A stretch of 64,000 nucleotides of DNA, taken from positions 11,097-75,096 of IMG/VR virus record IMGVR_UViG_3300049982_000337. One strand, written 5' to 3'. Below are positions 55,054 to 62,974 of the stretch, piece after piece. This stretch comes from a virus (Duplodnaviria > Caudoviricetes). Position 1 is the stretch's first letter. The number at the start of each line of letters is the position of its first letter. Position numbers and translations under genes: made by a program. Under the pieces are notes generated by a model. That model saw nothing but the letters and a program-made list of their open reading frames with translations. It was not told the origin of the DNA and made no database searches.

Positions 55054-55608
55054 ATGACCGACGTCTTTGACCGGCTGATCGAGCCCCTGCTGAAGCGCGA
55101 GGGTGGCTACGTCAACGACCCCAACGATCGGGGCGGCGAAACCAACTGGGGCGTGACCATCGGCGTCGCTCGCGAGAATGGCTATGGCGGCTCCATGCGC
55201 GCCATGACGCGCGACCAGGCCAAAGCCATCTACCGGACCAAGTACTGGGCCAAGCCGGGCCTCTACCTCATCGCACCGCTGTCCGAAGCCGTCGCCGACG
55301 AGCTGTTCGACACCGGCGTCAACATGGGCACGGGCACGGCGGCGATCTTCTTCCAGCGCGCGCTGAACGCCCTGAACCGCCAGGCCAAGGACTATCCCGA
55401 CATCATCGTCGACGGCGGTATCGGACCGGCCACCGCGGCGGCCTTCAAGGCGTACTTAAAGCGCAACGGTAAGACGGCCGAGCCGGTGATGCTCAAGACC
55501 CTGAACAGCCTTCAGGGCGCCCGCTACGTCGAACTGTCCGAAGGCCGCGGGCAGAACGAGACCTTCACCAACGGCTGGATGGCCCAACGCGTCGGGCTGG
55601 CTGCATGA
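55054..55608 (+). CDS. Endolysin, glycoside hydrolase family 108 with a peptidoglycan-binding domain
   Basis: EGGYVNDPNDRGGETNWGVT, FDTGVNMG, DGGIGPAT, F..GW...R. Confidence 0.93.
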   Translation: MTDVFDRLIEPLLKREGGYVNDPNDRGGETNWGVTIGVARENGYGGSMRAMTRDQAKAIYRTKYWAKPGLYLIAPLSEAVADELFDTGVNMGTGTAAIFFQRALNALNRQAKDYPDIIVDGGIGPATAAAFKAYLKRNGKTAEPVMLKTLNSLQGARYVELSEGRGQNETFTNGWMAQRVGLAA

Positions 55609-55627
55609 CCCACATAAGGAGAATGTT

Positions 55628-55840
55628 ATGACCCGCAAAGCTTTGGCGGCGCTCGCGCTCGCCTGCGTCGCCCTGTCCGGCTGCGCGTCGATGCCCGGCG
55701 GCTCCGGCATCCCGAGCCAGATCCTCGACAACCTGGAGAACTGCAAGCGCAGCTATCGCGGCGGGACCGGCATCGGCGCCGTCTTCACGTTCGACATCGA
55801 GTGCGAGCCGCACGTCTCCCCGCCCGCCGCGGCGCCGTGA
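55628..55840 (+). CDS. Small lipoprotein (lysis cassette)
   Basis: Lipobox ALSGC. Confidence 0.7.
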   Translation: MTRKALAALALACVALSGCASMPGGSGIPSQILDNLENCKRSYRGGTGIGAVFTFDIECEPHVSPPAAAP

Positions 55841-56283
55841 TGGGCGCTGCGTTCCTCTCCAAGCTCCGCATCGAGGATACCGAGCGGGAGCGACACGGGA
55901 CTGAGCGCGCCGAGTGGGTCCTTCTGGAGCCGTTTGGATATCGCTCGTCCAAGGGCTGGGAGGTCTGGGTTCCAGCCGGCTATGTCACCGACTTTTCGAG
56001 CATCCCGGCGCGGCTTCAGGACGTCGAGTCCTCGACGGGCCGCGCCCGGCGTGCCGCGGTCATCCACGACTGGCTCTACTCAAGCCGGATCGTACCGCGC
56101 GAGGCGGCCGACAAGACGTTCCTCGACGCCATGGAGTGCTGTGGCGTGCCCTACCTTAAGCGATCGCTCATGTTCCGGGCGGTGCGGACGTTCGGGGGTT
56201 CGGGCTACGGCCGGCCGGAAGAGTACGAGGCGGCCAAGGCGCTGCTCGAACGCTCAGACCTTCCCTTGGCTTGGGACTGGTGA
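55840..56283 (+). CDS. DUF1353-domain protein
   Basis: VPAGYVTDFSSIP, AAVIHDWLY, AD..FLDAM...GV, AVR.FG. Confidence 0.88.
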   Translation: MGAAFLSKLRIEDTERERHGTERAEWVLLEPFGYRSSKGWEVWVPAGYVTDFSSIPARLQDVESSTGRARRAAVIHDWLYSSRIVPREAADKTFLDAMECCGVPYLKRSLMFRAVRTFGGSGYGRPEEYEAAKALLERSDLPLAWDW

Positions 56284-56383
56284 TGTTCGACCTCATCCTG
56301 GTCGGGATGGCGGCCTCGATCCTCCTCCCGCTGGCGGCCTTGGCGCTCTGGTGGCGTCTTAGGCTGACCGACTTGAACTGCTT

Positions 56384-56418
56384 AAGGCCCGCTCCCTTTC
56401 TGGGGGGCGGGCCTTTTT
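56384..56418 (+). terminator. Late-operon terminator
   Basis: AAGGCCCGCTCCC/GGGGGGCGGGCCTT hairpin followed by a T-run. Confidence 0.75.
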
Positions 56419-56450
56419 CTTATGCGCCTCGAAGATCATGGATCACCCGC

Positions 56451-56771
56451 TCACTCATCGTCGCGCGCCTTGCCATGCACGCCGGGCTTGTACGGCCCTT
56501 TGGACTTGCCGCCTGCCGGACGCTTGAACTCCCGCTTTGGCTTCTCGGCGCTGCGGGCGGTCGGCGCTGGACGGCGCGGTTCTTCTGGCGTCGGCGGAAG
56601 GACGTCGGGAATGAGCTTCGGTCGGACGCCTGCTCGGGCCTTGGCGCGCCAGAACTCGTGGCTGGCCTCGGTCAAGCACTTCCAGGGCATTGACGGACGC
56701 GGTGGGCCGAAGGGGTAGAGCTCTTGTTGGAGGGCGCGGGCGATGCTTTCGATCTCTTCATCGACTGTCAT
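56451..56771 (-). CDS. Hypothetical protein (paralogue of 60903-61127)
   Basis: Start at ATG 56771: MTVDEEIESIARALQ...MPWKCLTEASHEFWRAKAR. Confidence 0.6.
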   Translation of the reverse strand: MTVDEEIESIARALQQELYPFGPPRPSMPWKCLTEASHEFWRAKARAGVRPKLIPDVLPPTPEEPRRPAPTARSAEKPKREFKRPAGGKSKGPYKPGVHGKARDDE

Positions 56772-56832
56772 GCCGGCGGGGTAGGGCGATTCCCGGGGCG
56801 GTGAAGATGGGCCTCCAGTCGTTATCCAGGGA

Positions 56833-57081
56833 TCAAACGGTGACTGGCTTCGGGCGCTCATCCCGATCGTCGATATCGCCAGGCTCAAGCAGGCGCGCAA
56901 CGGGTGTGCAGCCTTCGTCTTCGTAGTCGCAGAGCTCCATTCCCCCATCCCCTGCGGGGGACATGACGTCTGCGAACACCTGACCCAACTGGCCGAAGTC
57001 GGGATGCACGCGCGATGGCATCATCACCGAGAGATCGGGGTCAAGGGCGCTAAGTGCCTCAATGAGCTGTCGAACGTTCAT
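56833..57081 (-). CDS. Hypothetical protein
   Basis: MNVRQLIEALSALDPDLSV N-terminus, common in phage ORFs. Confidence 0.55.
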   Translation of the reverse strand: MNVRQLIEALSALDPDLSVMMPSRVHPDFGQLGQVFADVMSPAGDGGMELCDYEDEGCTPVARLLEPGDIDDRDERPKPVTV

Positions 57082-57145
57082 GGCAGGATGCTGGCGGCGC
57101 TCAAAATGGAGTGAAGGCCATCGGGCGAGCCAGACGAGACCCACG

Positions 57146-57171
57146 AAAAAGCCCGCCGGTAAGGGCGGGCT
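57146..57171 (-). terminator. Intrinsic terminator ending the P63C-GNAT cassette
   Basis: On the minus strand AGCCCGCC-loop-GGCGGGCT followed by TTTT. Confidence 0.75.
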
Positions 57172-57192
57172 GTGGGTGCAAAGACCTAGAAG

Positions 57193-57384
57193 TTAGCGCC
57201 GCTCGCCGTGGTGGTCGTCGCCGCAATATCCAAGTGCTTCTTTGCGCTGCTCAGCGGACAGCGTAGCAAGGAAACCGGTCATGGCACGCGGGGCAGGACG
57301 CAGCGGTTCAGGTTCCGGCAGCGGCTTGCTGTGGAAGACTACCTTACGGAGCGGCTCAGAGAGCCAGGCTAGCATCGCATTCAT
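57193..57384 (-). CDS. Small protein downstream of the GNAT gene
   Basis: Starts 2 nt after the GNAT stop; ends before the terminator. Confidence 0.6.
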   Translation of the reverse strand: MNAMLAWLSEPLRKVVFHSKPLPEPEPLRPAPRAMTGFLATLSAEQRKEALGYCGDDHHGERR

Positions 57385-57386
57385 CT

Positions 57387-57926
57387 CTAGATCGCCTTCC
57401 GATAATAGGTGGGCGCTTTCCGAGGGGTGACAAGCTCGAACCCATACACATCTTGGTACATTGACGCTAACGCAGCGTTGACGGGTTCGATCCGGATTTC
57501 TCGCAGTCCGGCTCCTAGAGCGTAGTTGGTCGTGGCTTCCAAAGCAATCAGGACGCGCTTTCCCTGAAATTCGCAGCCCGCGCTTGGGTCGCCTTCGACA
57601 AACAACAGCGTTGCCGCCTGAGTGTTCATGGAGGCTAGGGCGAGCGCGACAAGCCGATCATCGGGGGTCCATATGGCCATATCGAGGCATTTCGGCTCTC
57701 TGTGACGCCGAAAAATCTCCTCCCAGTCCCAACCGGCATCGGGGTGACGGCCTGCAGGATTCCATTTGGTGTGAACTTGTTCATAAGCGCTGCGGCCGAC
57801 ACGCCGAATCCGCACATCAATCCCGGCGACAGAACGCAGAGTCTTGCTGGCCTCAAGACACGCTTTGTCCTTCAGACCTCCATAGTGCGCGTGTGCTTGT
57901 GCGAGAGTGTTCACAACGAAGGCCAA
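57387..57926 (-). CDS. GNAT-fold N-acetyltransferase-like protein
   Basis: WDWEEI, LDMAIW...LVALAL, LLFVEG, FQGKRV, RIEPVNAALASMYQDVYGF (GNAT motif B-like). Confidence 0.6.
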   Translation of the reverse strand: MAFVVNTLAQAHAHYGGLKDKACLEASKTLRSVAGIDVRIRRVGRSAYEQVHTKWNPAGRHPDAGWDWEEIFRRHREPKCLDMAIWTPDDRLVALALASMNTQAATLLFVEGDPSAGCEFQGKRVLIALEATTNYALGAGLREIRIEPVNAALASMYQDVYGFELVTPRKAPTYYRKAI

Positions 57927-58026
57927 TTATTGTTGGGGCGCCGGCCCTCGTGGGTGGATGGGGATTGTCCGCGGGCCACGACTGATTGGCTGGCTGGCCT
58001 AGATGGAGCGGAGCGCTCAGCAGGCA

Positions 58027-59112
58027 TCAAGAATCGAGATCGAAGTCGAGCTCTTGTTGTGAACCAAGCGGAATCGCCTCCGGGAAGGCCTTATAGAAAT
58101 TCTTCTCAAATTGCTGGATGTTTCGTGAAGCGTTCCCGATCCCGATCACTTGCCAAAGGTGAGCTCGGATTGCCGGAAGCCCAACCTCCTTTGAGAGGAA
58201 CTGGAAAAGTTTGTATTTCCGGCCGCCATTCGAATAGACGACAGGGTTTTGTTCGTCCAGCATTTCGAGGATCATGCCGTGGCTATTCGCGAGCGGATGA
58301 TAGATGAACTTACGAGTAAACTTTGCGAAAAACCTGGGGTGTTTCGTAGATGAAGCGTCGAATCGCTTATACCCGTAGATAGAGTAGAGCATATCTGCGA
58401 ACTTGTTGGGGAACTCTTGTTCCCACTGTGACCATTCGCTTTTGATGAACTGCTGGAATTGCTTGCGATACTCATCTTTAGCACGCTCGCCAAATCCCAC
58501 GGCTTCGTCGATGAGTGCAATGATCCCCAATTTGGCTGCGGATCGTATAATAATCTCGGCTTGGACTGCTAGGAACTCTTGCGATGTGCTTAGCGCGTTC
58601 TTCTTCTTTGCTTCAATGATCGCGATGCATACATCAATGAGCAGGGTGCCTTCATAGCCATCAATGACTTGACCTACGGCCGCCGAATCCGCCCCAGGGC
58701 GACGGAAATTTAGTGGATTCGCGATCTTGTGCCGAAGCTCATCAGTCAGCGCATCGTCGATCCCCTTGCGGGTCATCGTTCGCAGGAAGGCATTGCCGCC
58801 GGCGGACTTCAAATTGAGGGCGCGAGCCATTGCCTTCTTCGAGATCATCCGGCGATTGTCCTTGAGCCGGTAAACCTCAACTTCGACGTCGCCTATCTGC
58901 AGAACGCCTTGGTGGGTTGCGGAGGGTAGGACGTCGGGATCTGCGATGCGCTCCCACCTCGCTTTCGCAGCGCGAACAGCAATCTCGCGTCGCTCCTCGG
59001 AGGTGAGTTTCATGGCGCGCGCCGCGCCGCCAAGAGATTGAGGGTTTTGTGCCAACGGAGGTTGCTCCTTGCTTGCTGCAGGGAGATTGTCAGATGCTTG
59101 CAGCCCTAGCAA
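58027..59112 (-). CDS. P63C-domain protein
   Basis: GGAARAMKLTSEERREIAVRAAKARW; C-terminal EFP..F...LY..YG...F..KFIY.PLA...K.FQFLS..VGL..IRAHLWQVI. Start may be TTG 59055. AT-rich. Confidence 0.85.
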   Translation of the reverse strand: MLGLQASDNLPAASKEQPPLAQNPQSLGGAARAMKLTSEERREIAVRAAKARWERIADPDVLPSATHQGVLQIGDVEVEVYRLKDNRRMISKKAMARALNLKSAGGNAFLRTMTRKGIDDALTDELRHKIANPLNFRRPGADSAAVGQVIDGYEGTLLIDVCIAIIEAKKKNALSTSQEFLAVQAEIIIRSAAKLGIIALIDEAVGFGERAKDEYRKQFQQFIKSEWSQWEQEFPNKFADMLYSIYGYKRFDASSTKHPRFFAKFTRKFIYHPLANSHGMILEMLDEQNPVVYSNGGRKYKLFQFLSKEVGLPAIRAHLWQVIGIGNASRNIQQFEKNFYKAFPEAIPLGSQQELDFDLDS

Positions 59113-59262
59113 GCATATCTCGCCTAACAGCCTTCTTGCGTGCTTGCTGCCGAGTCTCTCTTAGCGCCGGCCTGCTTGGCTGTTCACGAGGACGAGCTGC
59201 GCCGGTGTGGCGGTGATCGTCACCGCCTCGGCGGAAGAGCTGTTTAAACCCTGTCAGGCCGC

Positions 59263-59314
59263 CCCAGGAAGATCGCCACCGCCACCGGCTGCGGTCCGAC
59301 CTTCTCCACCGCCT
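59263..59314. repeat. 52-bp direct repeat, copy 1 (orphan 3' end of a DUF3606 gene)
   Basis: CCCAGGAAGATCGCCACCGCCACCGGCTGCGGTCCGACCTTCTCCACCGCCT, identical to 62994-63045. Confidence 0.95.
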
Positions 59315-59321
59315 GGGGCTG

Positions 59322-59603
59322 CTACGCGCCTTTGATCAGCGCTGCGATCTCCAGGGCCAGGGCGCGGCCCTGGACGCTGGCCAGCTCCGGCGCCTTTCGT
59401 TCGGCGGCGACCTGGAGCTGTAAAAACTCTAGGGCCAGGAAGTAGACCGGCTTCACGCTGGCGTCGGCCCGCTCCAGATCCTGATATCCGCGAAGGCTCA
59501 TGCCCAGGCGTTCGGCCAACTCAGCTTGCGACAGATGCAGTCGCCGGCGGGCCATCGCCATGCGCTGTCCCTCGGTCGGAAGTCCTTGGGCAGGGCTGGT
59601 CAT
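59322..59603 (-). CDS. XRE-family HTH regulator
   Basis: ARRRLHLSQAELAERLGMSLRGYQDLERAD. Confidence 0.88.
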   Translation of the reverse strand: MTSPAQGLPTEGQRMAMARRRLHLSQAELAERLGMSLRGYQDLERADASVKPVYFLALEFLQLQVAAERKAPELASVQGRALALEIAALIKGA

Positions 59604-59790
59604 TGAACTTTCACCTCGGTTGACCTATTCTCCCTCCCGGAGAGCGACGCCGGTTTCCCGACGCCGCCCCCCGGTTATCGGGTCAGCGAGAGTGCAAATC
59701 TCAGACCCAACCATCGGATGCGGAGTTTGAAGCGAAGCTTCATTTTCTGCCTCCTGTGGTGTTCGGCGGGAGCACCGAACAAGAGTTTTA

Positions 59791-59839
59791 TACGCAGAAA
59801 GTGCGTAGCTCGCAAGGGCCATTACGCACTTTCTGCGTA
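59791..59839. promoter_or_regulatory. Pair of inverted 17-bp TACGCA-N5-TGCGTA operator-like sites
   Basis: TACGCAGAAAGTGCGTA (59791-59807) and its exact reverse complement (59823-59839), upstream of the XRE gene. Confidence 0.65.
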
Positions 59840-59850
59840 AATTCTTCAGA

Positions 59851-60045
59851 TCATGGATCAATGGTGAAATGCGCAACCCGCGCTTTGCAGCGGGTGCATT
59901 TGAACAACTGCTCCTGAAGCATCGCCCCTAGGTCACGGTCCCCGCGCCCGGCGACAGATAGCGCCAGGAGGTCGATGTATCCTTCGTGGTCGCAGTTCTC
60001 GCATTTCAGCCTTAGACTCGCCGTTACCGGCCAAGCATCGCCCAT
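59851..60045 (-). CDS. Small Zn-ribbon protein
   Basis: CENCDH...CTRCK. Confidence 0.55.
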   Translation of the reverse strand: MGDAWPVTASLRLKCENCDHEGYIDLLALSVAGRGDRDLGAMLQEQLFKCTRCKARVAHFTIDP

Positions 60046-60137
60046 GGCCCATGAAGCGATGCGCTTCCCAATCGCCCGGGCAAAGGTGGGCGGTGGTTCA
60101 TTGGCGACCTTGCCGTCGAACCAGCTGGCGAACTCCT

Positions 60138-60800
60138 TTACGCGTAGGGGCGCTGCGTCGGGGCCGATCGGCGTCCCCGAAGAGCTGAGCCGGCGAGGCC
60201 GAAGCCGAAGATCATCATAGCCCAGGTGGCGGGCTCCGGGATCGCGGTAGCGTCGCCAAGGGTGACGAGCAGCGAAGCCGGCTTGGACTGGTCGAACCAG
60301 TCGAAGGCCAAGTAGAGGTTGGCGATTGAATTATTGCCGAATGGATGAGCTCGGATCAAACAATCTCCAGCCGTCTCAGCTGTACAGTGTCGTGTGAAAT
60401 CGTGCGGAACTACGAGGCTTGCATAGGCTAGGCCGGGCCTTACTATTCTGAGGCAGGCATTGCTGGTGGTGCAATTGACGTAAATATCCTGTTCGTTGAT
60501 CTGGATGTCTTTGTAATAGCCGTTTCCGACCCCCATCCCTTCCTGGAAATACGCGAACTGCTCCACATAGAAGCCTTGCACGGACCCATATTGTAGGTCG
60601 AGATTGGAATACTCAATCTTGAGGGTTATCCGCTCCCCGGCGTCAGGGAGATGAAAGCTGACCGAGTCCGAATCCGTAAATCCGCTTTCGTGATAGTAGA
60701 GGTCTGTCATTTCCAAGACCTGGCCGGCGGCGGCTGGCGTTGCCAAAAGCCCAAGCAAAATCGGCCAGGCGCTGAGTGAGCGCGCGATTTGTCCGAGCAT
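60138..60800 (-). CDS. PEPxxWA-CTERM sorting-domain surface protein
   Basis: Signal peptide; C-terminal IPEPATWAMMIFGFGLAGSALRGRR. AT-rich core. Confidence 0.92.
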   Translation of the reverse strand: MLGQIARSLSAWPILLGLLATPAAAGQVLEMTDLYYHESGFTDSDSVSFHLPDAGERITLKIEYSNLDLQYGSVQGFYVEQFAYFQEGMGVGNGYYKDIQINEQDIYVNCTTSNACLRIVRPGLAYASLVVPHDFTRHCTAETAGDCLIRAHPFGNNSIANLYLAFDWFDQSKPASLLVTLGDATAIPEPATWAMMIFGFGLAGSALRGRRSAPTQRPYA

Positions 60801-60902
60801 GATTAACCCTCCACAGTTGTGAGCAATTCGCGCGCGCCTTGGTCGCGAGTCAAGCTCCGGCGGCGTGGGGATTAACTAGGATCGTTTGTGGTGGGTGGTG
60901 TC

Positions 60903-61127
60903 CTAGGCCGCCCGCTCGCCCTTGCGGGCCTTCGCCCGCCAGTAGTCGCGGGCCTGCTCGGACAGGATCTCCCACAGCATCGGGTCTCGGAGCGGGCCCT
61001 TTGCATGGGGCGCGGCCTGGAGCTCGCGGGCGATGTGCTCAATCTCTTCGTCTGACATGCCGCCGGGTAGCGCGATTCCGGCCAGAGCCAGGGCGTCCTC
61101 TATTCGCTGGTCGGCGGTCGAAGGCAT
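60903..61127 (-). CDS. Hypothetical protein (paralogue of 56451-56771)
   Basis: MSDEEIEHIARELQ...MLWEILSEQARDYWRAKAR. Confidence 0.6.
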   Translation of the reverse strand: MPSTADQRIEDALALAGIALPGGMSDEEIEHIARELQAAPHAKGPLRDPMLWEILSEQARDYWRAKARKGERAA

Positions 61128-61190
61128 CTGCAGACCGGCTGCGCTCCAACCTTCTCGCCTGCATTGGCAGCATCCGGCCCGTGGCTGTGA

Positions 61191-61283
61191 TCACCTCTTC
61201 CGCCTAAGCGACCACACGAGTTCTGCAAGCGCCCCGACGAACAGGGCCAGCGCCGTTACGGCAGCGGGATCGAGATGGAACAT
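61191..61283 (-). CDS. 30-aa membrane peptide
   Basis: Not in the ORF track: MFHLDPAAVTALALFVGALAELVWSLRRKR; GGAG upstream. Confidence 0.45.
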   Translation of the reverse strand: MFHLDPAAVTALALFVGALAELVWSLRRKR

Positions 61284-61427
61284 GGTCGCACTTCTCCATG
61301 AAAAAATCAGTGTGCAACCAAGGGTCCAGGGTCTCACGATAGGGCGTGGAGTCAAATTATTGTACGCCGTAAGTGGCGCGCTGGCGTCCGCAACTGACGT
61401 ACCGATCCGCTCCGCGAGGAGACGATC

Positions 61428-62933
61428 ATGTCGGCATCGATGTCACCGCGGCGGGCCGCTCAGTACCTCCGGATGTCGACGGAGCATCAGCGCTACTCGA
61501 CCGAAAACCAGGTGGCCGGAATCCTGGCCTACGCCGCGGAGCACGGCTACGAGATCGTCCGGACATATTCCGACGAGGGTATCAGTGGCCTGGCGCTCAA
61601 AGGGCGCGCGGGACTGGCTCAACTTCTCGCCGATGTCATCGGCAGGACCGCCGAGTTCGATCGCATCCTCGTCTTCGACGTCAGCCGTTGGGGCCGTTTC
61701 CAGGATCCGGACCAGAGCGCGCACTATGAGTTCCTGTGCCGCGAGGCCGGCGTTGACGTGGAATATTGCGCAGAGCCCTTCGAGAACGACGGGAGCCTGG
61801 GCGCCAACATCCTCAAGCAGATCAAGCGGAACATGGCGGCCGAGTACAGCCGGGAGCTGTCCGCGAAGGTGATCGCCGGCCAACGACGGTTGGCGGAGAA
61901 GGGGTTCTGGCAGGGAGGGCCGCCAGGCTACGGCCTCCGACGGATGATCCTTGCCGCCGATGGAACGGAACGCGGGGTAGCGGGCCATGGCGCCTACAAG
62001 GCGCTGCAGTCAGATCGGACAGTGCTGATCCTGGGACCACCTGAAGAGTTGGAGGTCGTGCGGCGCATCTTTCGGCTCTTCGTGGTCGGCGGCCTACACC
62101 GCAGAGGGCTCGTGCGTCTGCTCAATGCGGAGGGCGTGCCCACCGGGCTTGATCGACCATGGAGTGAGCATCTCGTGAAGCGGATTCTCACGAACGAAAG
62201 CTATATCGGCAACGTCGTCTACGGTCAGGTGTCGACCCGACTTGGCCGCCCAACGATCCGAAATCCACGCGAGGATTGGGTGACGGCCACAAACGTGCTT
62301 CCGCCGGTGATACGGCCTCAGATCTTCGCCGAAGCGCAACGTCTGATCCAGGCGTGCGCACGAAGCCAATCCGATGCAGAGATGCTGCGCCGACTGGCGA
62401 GCCTGGCCGCTGAGCGGGGCCACCTAAGTTCAGCCGAAATCAAAGCCGCGCCGGGGCTTCAGTGTCCCCAGGCCTATATGCGCCGGTTCGGCGGGCTGCC
62501 GGCGGCCTATCGGCTCATCGGCCATCAGCCGAAGCGCCGCACGACCTATCGGCGGATGGACGGCTTCAAGGATCGGTTAATCGAACTCCTCGTGGCTGAG
62601 ACCAACCGAGGTGACAGGAAGAAGCGTCCCCGTTCGGAGATTTGGCGGCAGCTCGTTTCGGAAGGCTTCAAGGGTGGCTATTCAAGTCTGGAGCAGCACG
62701 TAAGAGATTGGGAACTACGCACGTTCGGTGCGCCGCAACACCGACAGCGGCATCGAAGATTCGCCGACCAGGAGCTGCTCGAGGGTCTTCGAGCCCTCCT
62801 CGTTCGGGAAGGGCGGCTCTCGACGGACCTAATTGAGGCGGATCCAGGTCTTCCGCGGGCCTACATCTTCTGGAAGCGCTTCGGCGGGCTGAAGAAAGCG
62901 TACGCTTTGATTGGGTATGGAGAAGCGCGGTAG
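61428..62933 (+). CDS. Large serine recombinase (resolvase + recombinase domains, duplicated C-terminal module)
   Basis: AAQYLRMSTEHQ (catalytic Ser), YSDEGISG, DVSRWGRF, GGPPGYG; GAGGAG RBS. Confidence 0.93.
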   Translation: MSASMSPRRAAQYLRMSTEHQRYSTENQVAGILAYAAEHGYEIVRTYSDEGISGLALKGRAGLAQLLADVIGRTAEFDRILVFDVSRWGRFQDPDQSAHYEFLCREAGVDVEYCAEPFENDGSLGANILKQIKRNMAAEYSRELSAKVIAGQRRLAEKGFWQGGPPGYGLRRMILAADGTERGVAGHGAYKALQSDRTVLILGPPEELEVVRRIFRLFVVGGLHRRGLVRLLNAEGVPTGLDRPWSEHLVKRILTNESYIGNVVYGQVSTRLGRPTIRNPREDWVTATNVLPPVIRPQIFAEAQRLIQACARSQSDAEMLRRLASLAAERGHLSSAEIKAAPGLQCPQAYMRRFGGLPAAYRLIGHQPKRRTTYRRMDGFKDRLIELLVAETNRGDRKKRPRSEIWRQLVSEGFKGGYSSLEQHVRDWELRTFGAPQHRQRHRRFADQELLEGLRALLVREGRLSTDLIEADPGLPRAYIFWKRFGGLKKAYALIGYGEAR

Positions 62934-62974
62934 CCGCCATTCGCCGGGACGGCCGCGACGTAGATGCCCGTCAA

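Noticed and set aside
56271-56693. 140-aa ORF after DUF1353
   Set aside because: It runs through the late terminator and antisense to 56451-56771; at most the first ~30 hydrophobic codons are a real or degenerate peptide.
59625-59876. 83-aa ORF upstream of the XRE gene as a toxin partner
   Set aside because: It spans the operator-like inverted repeats and has no recognisable toxin motif; more likely promoter DNA.
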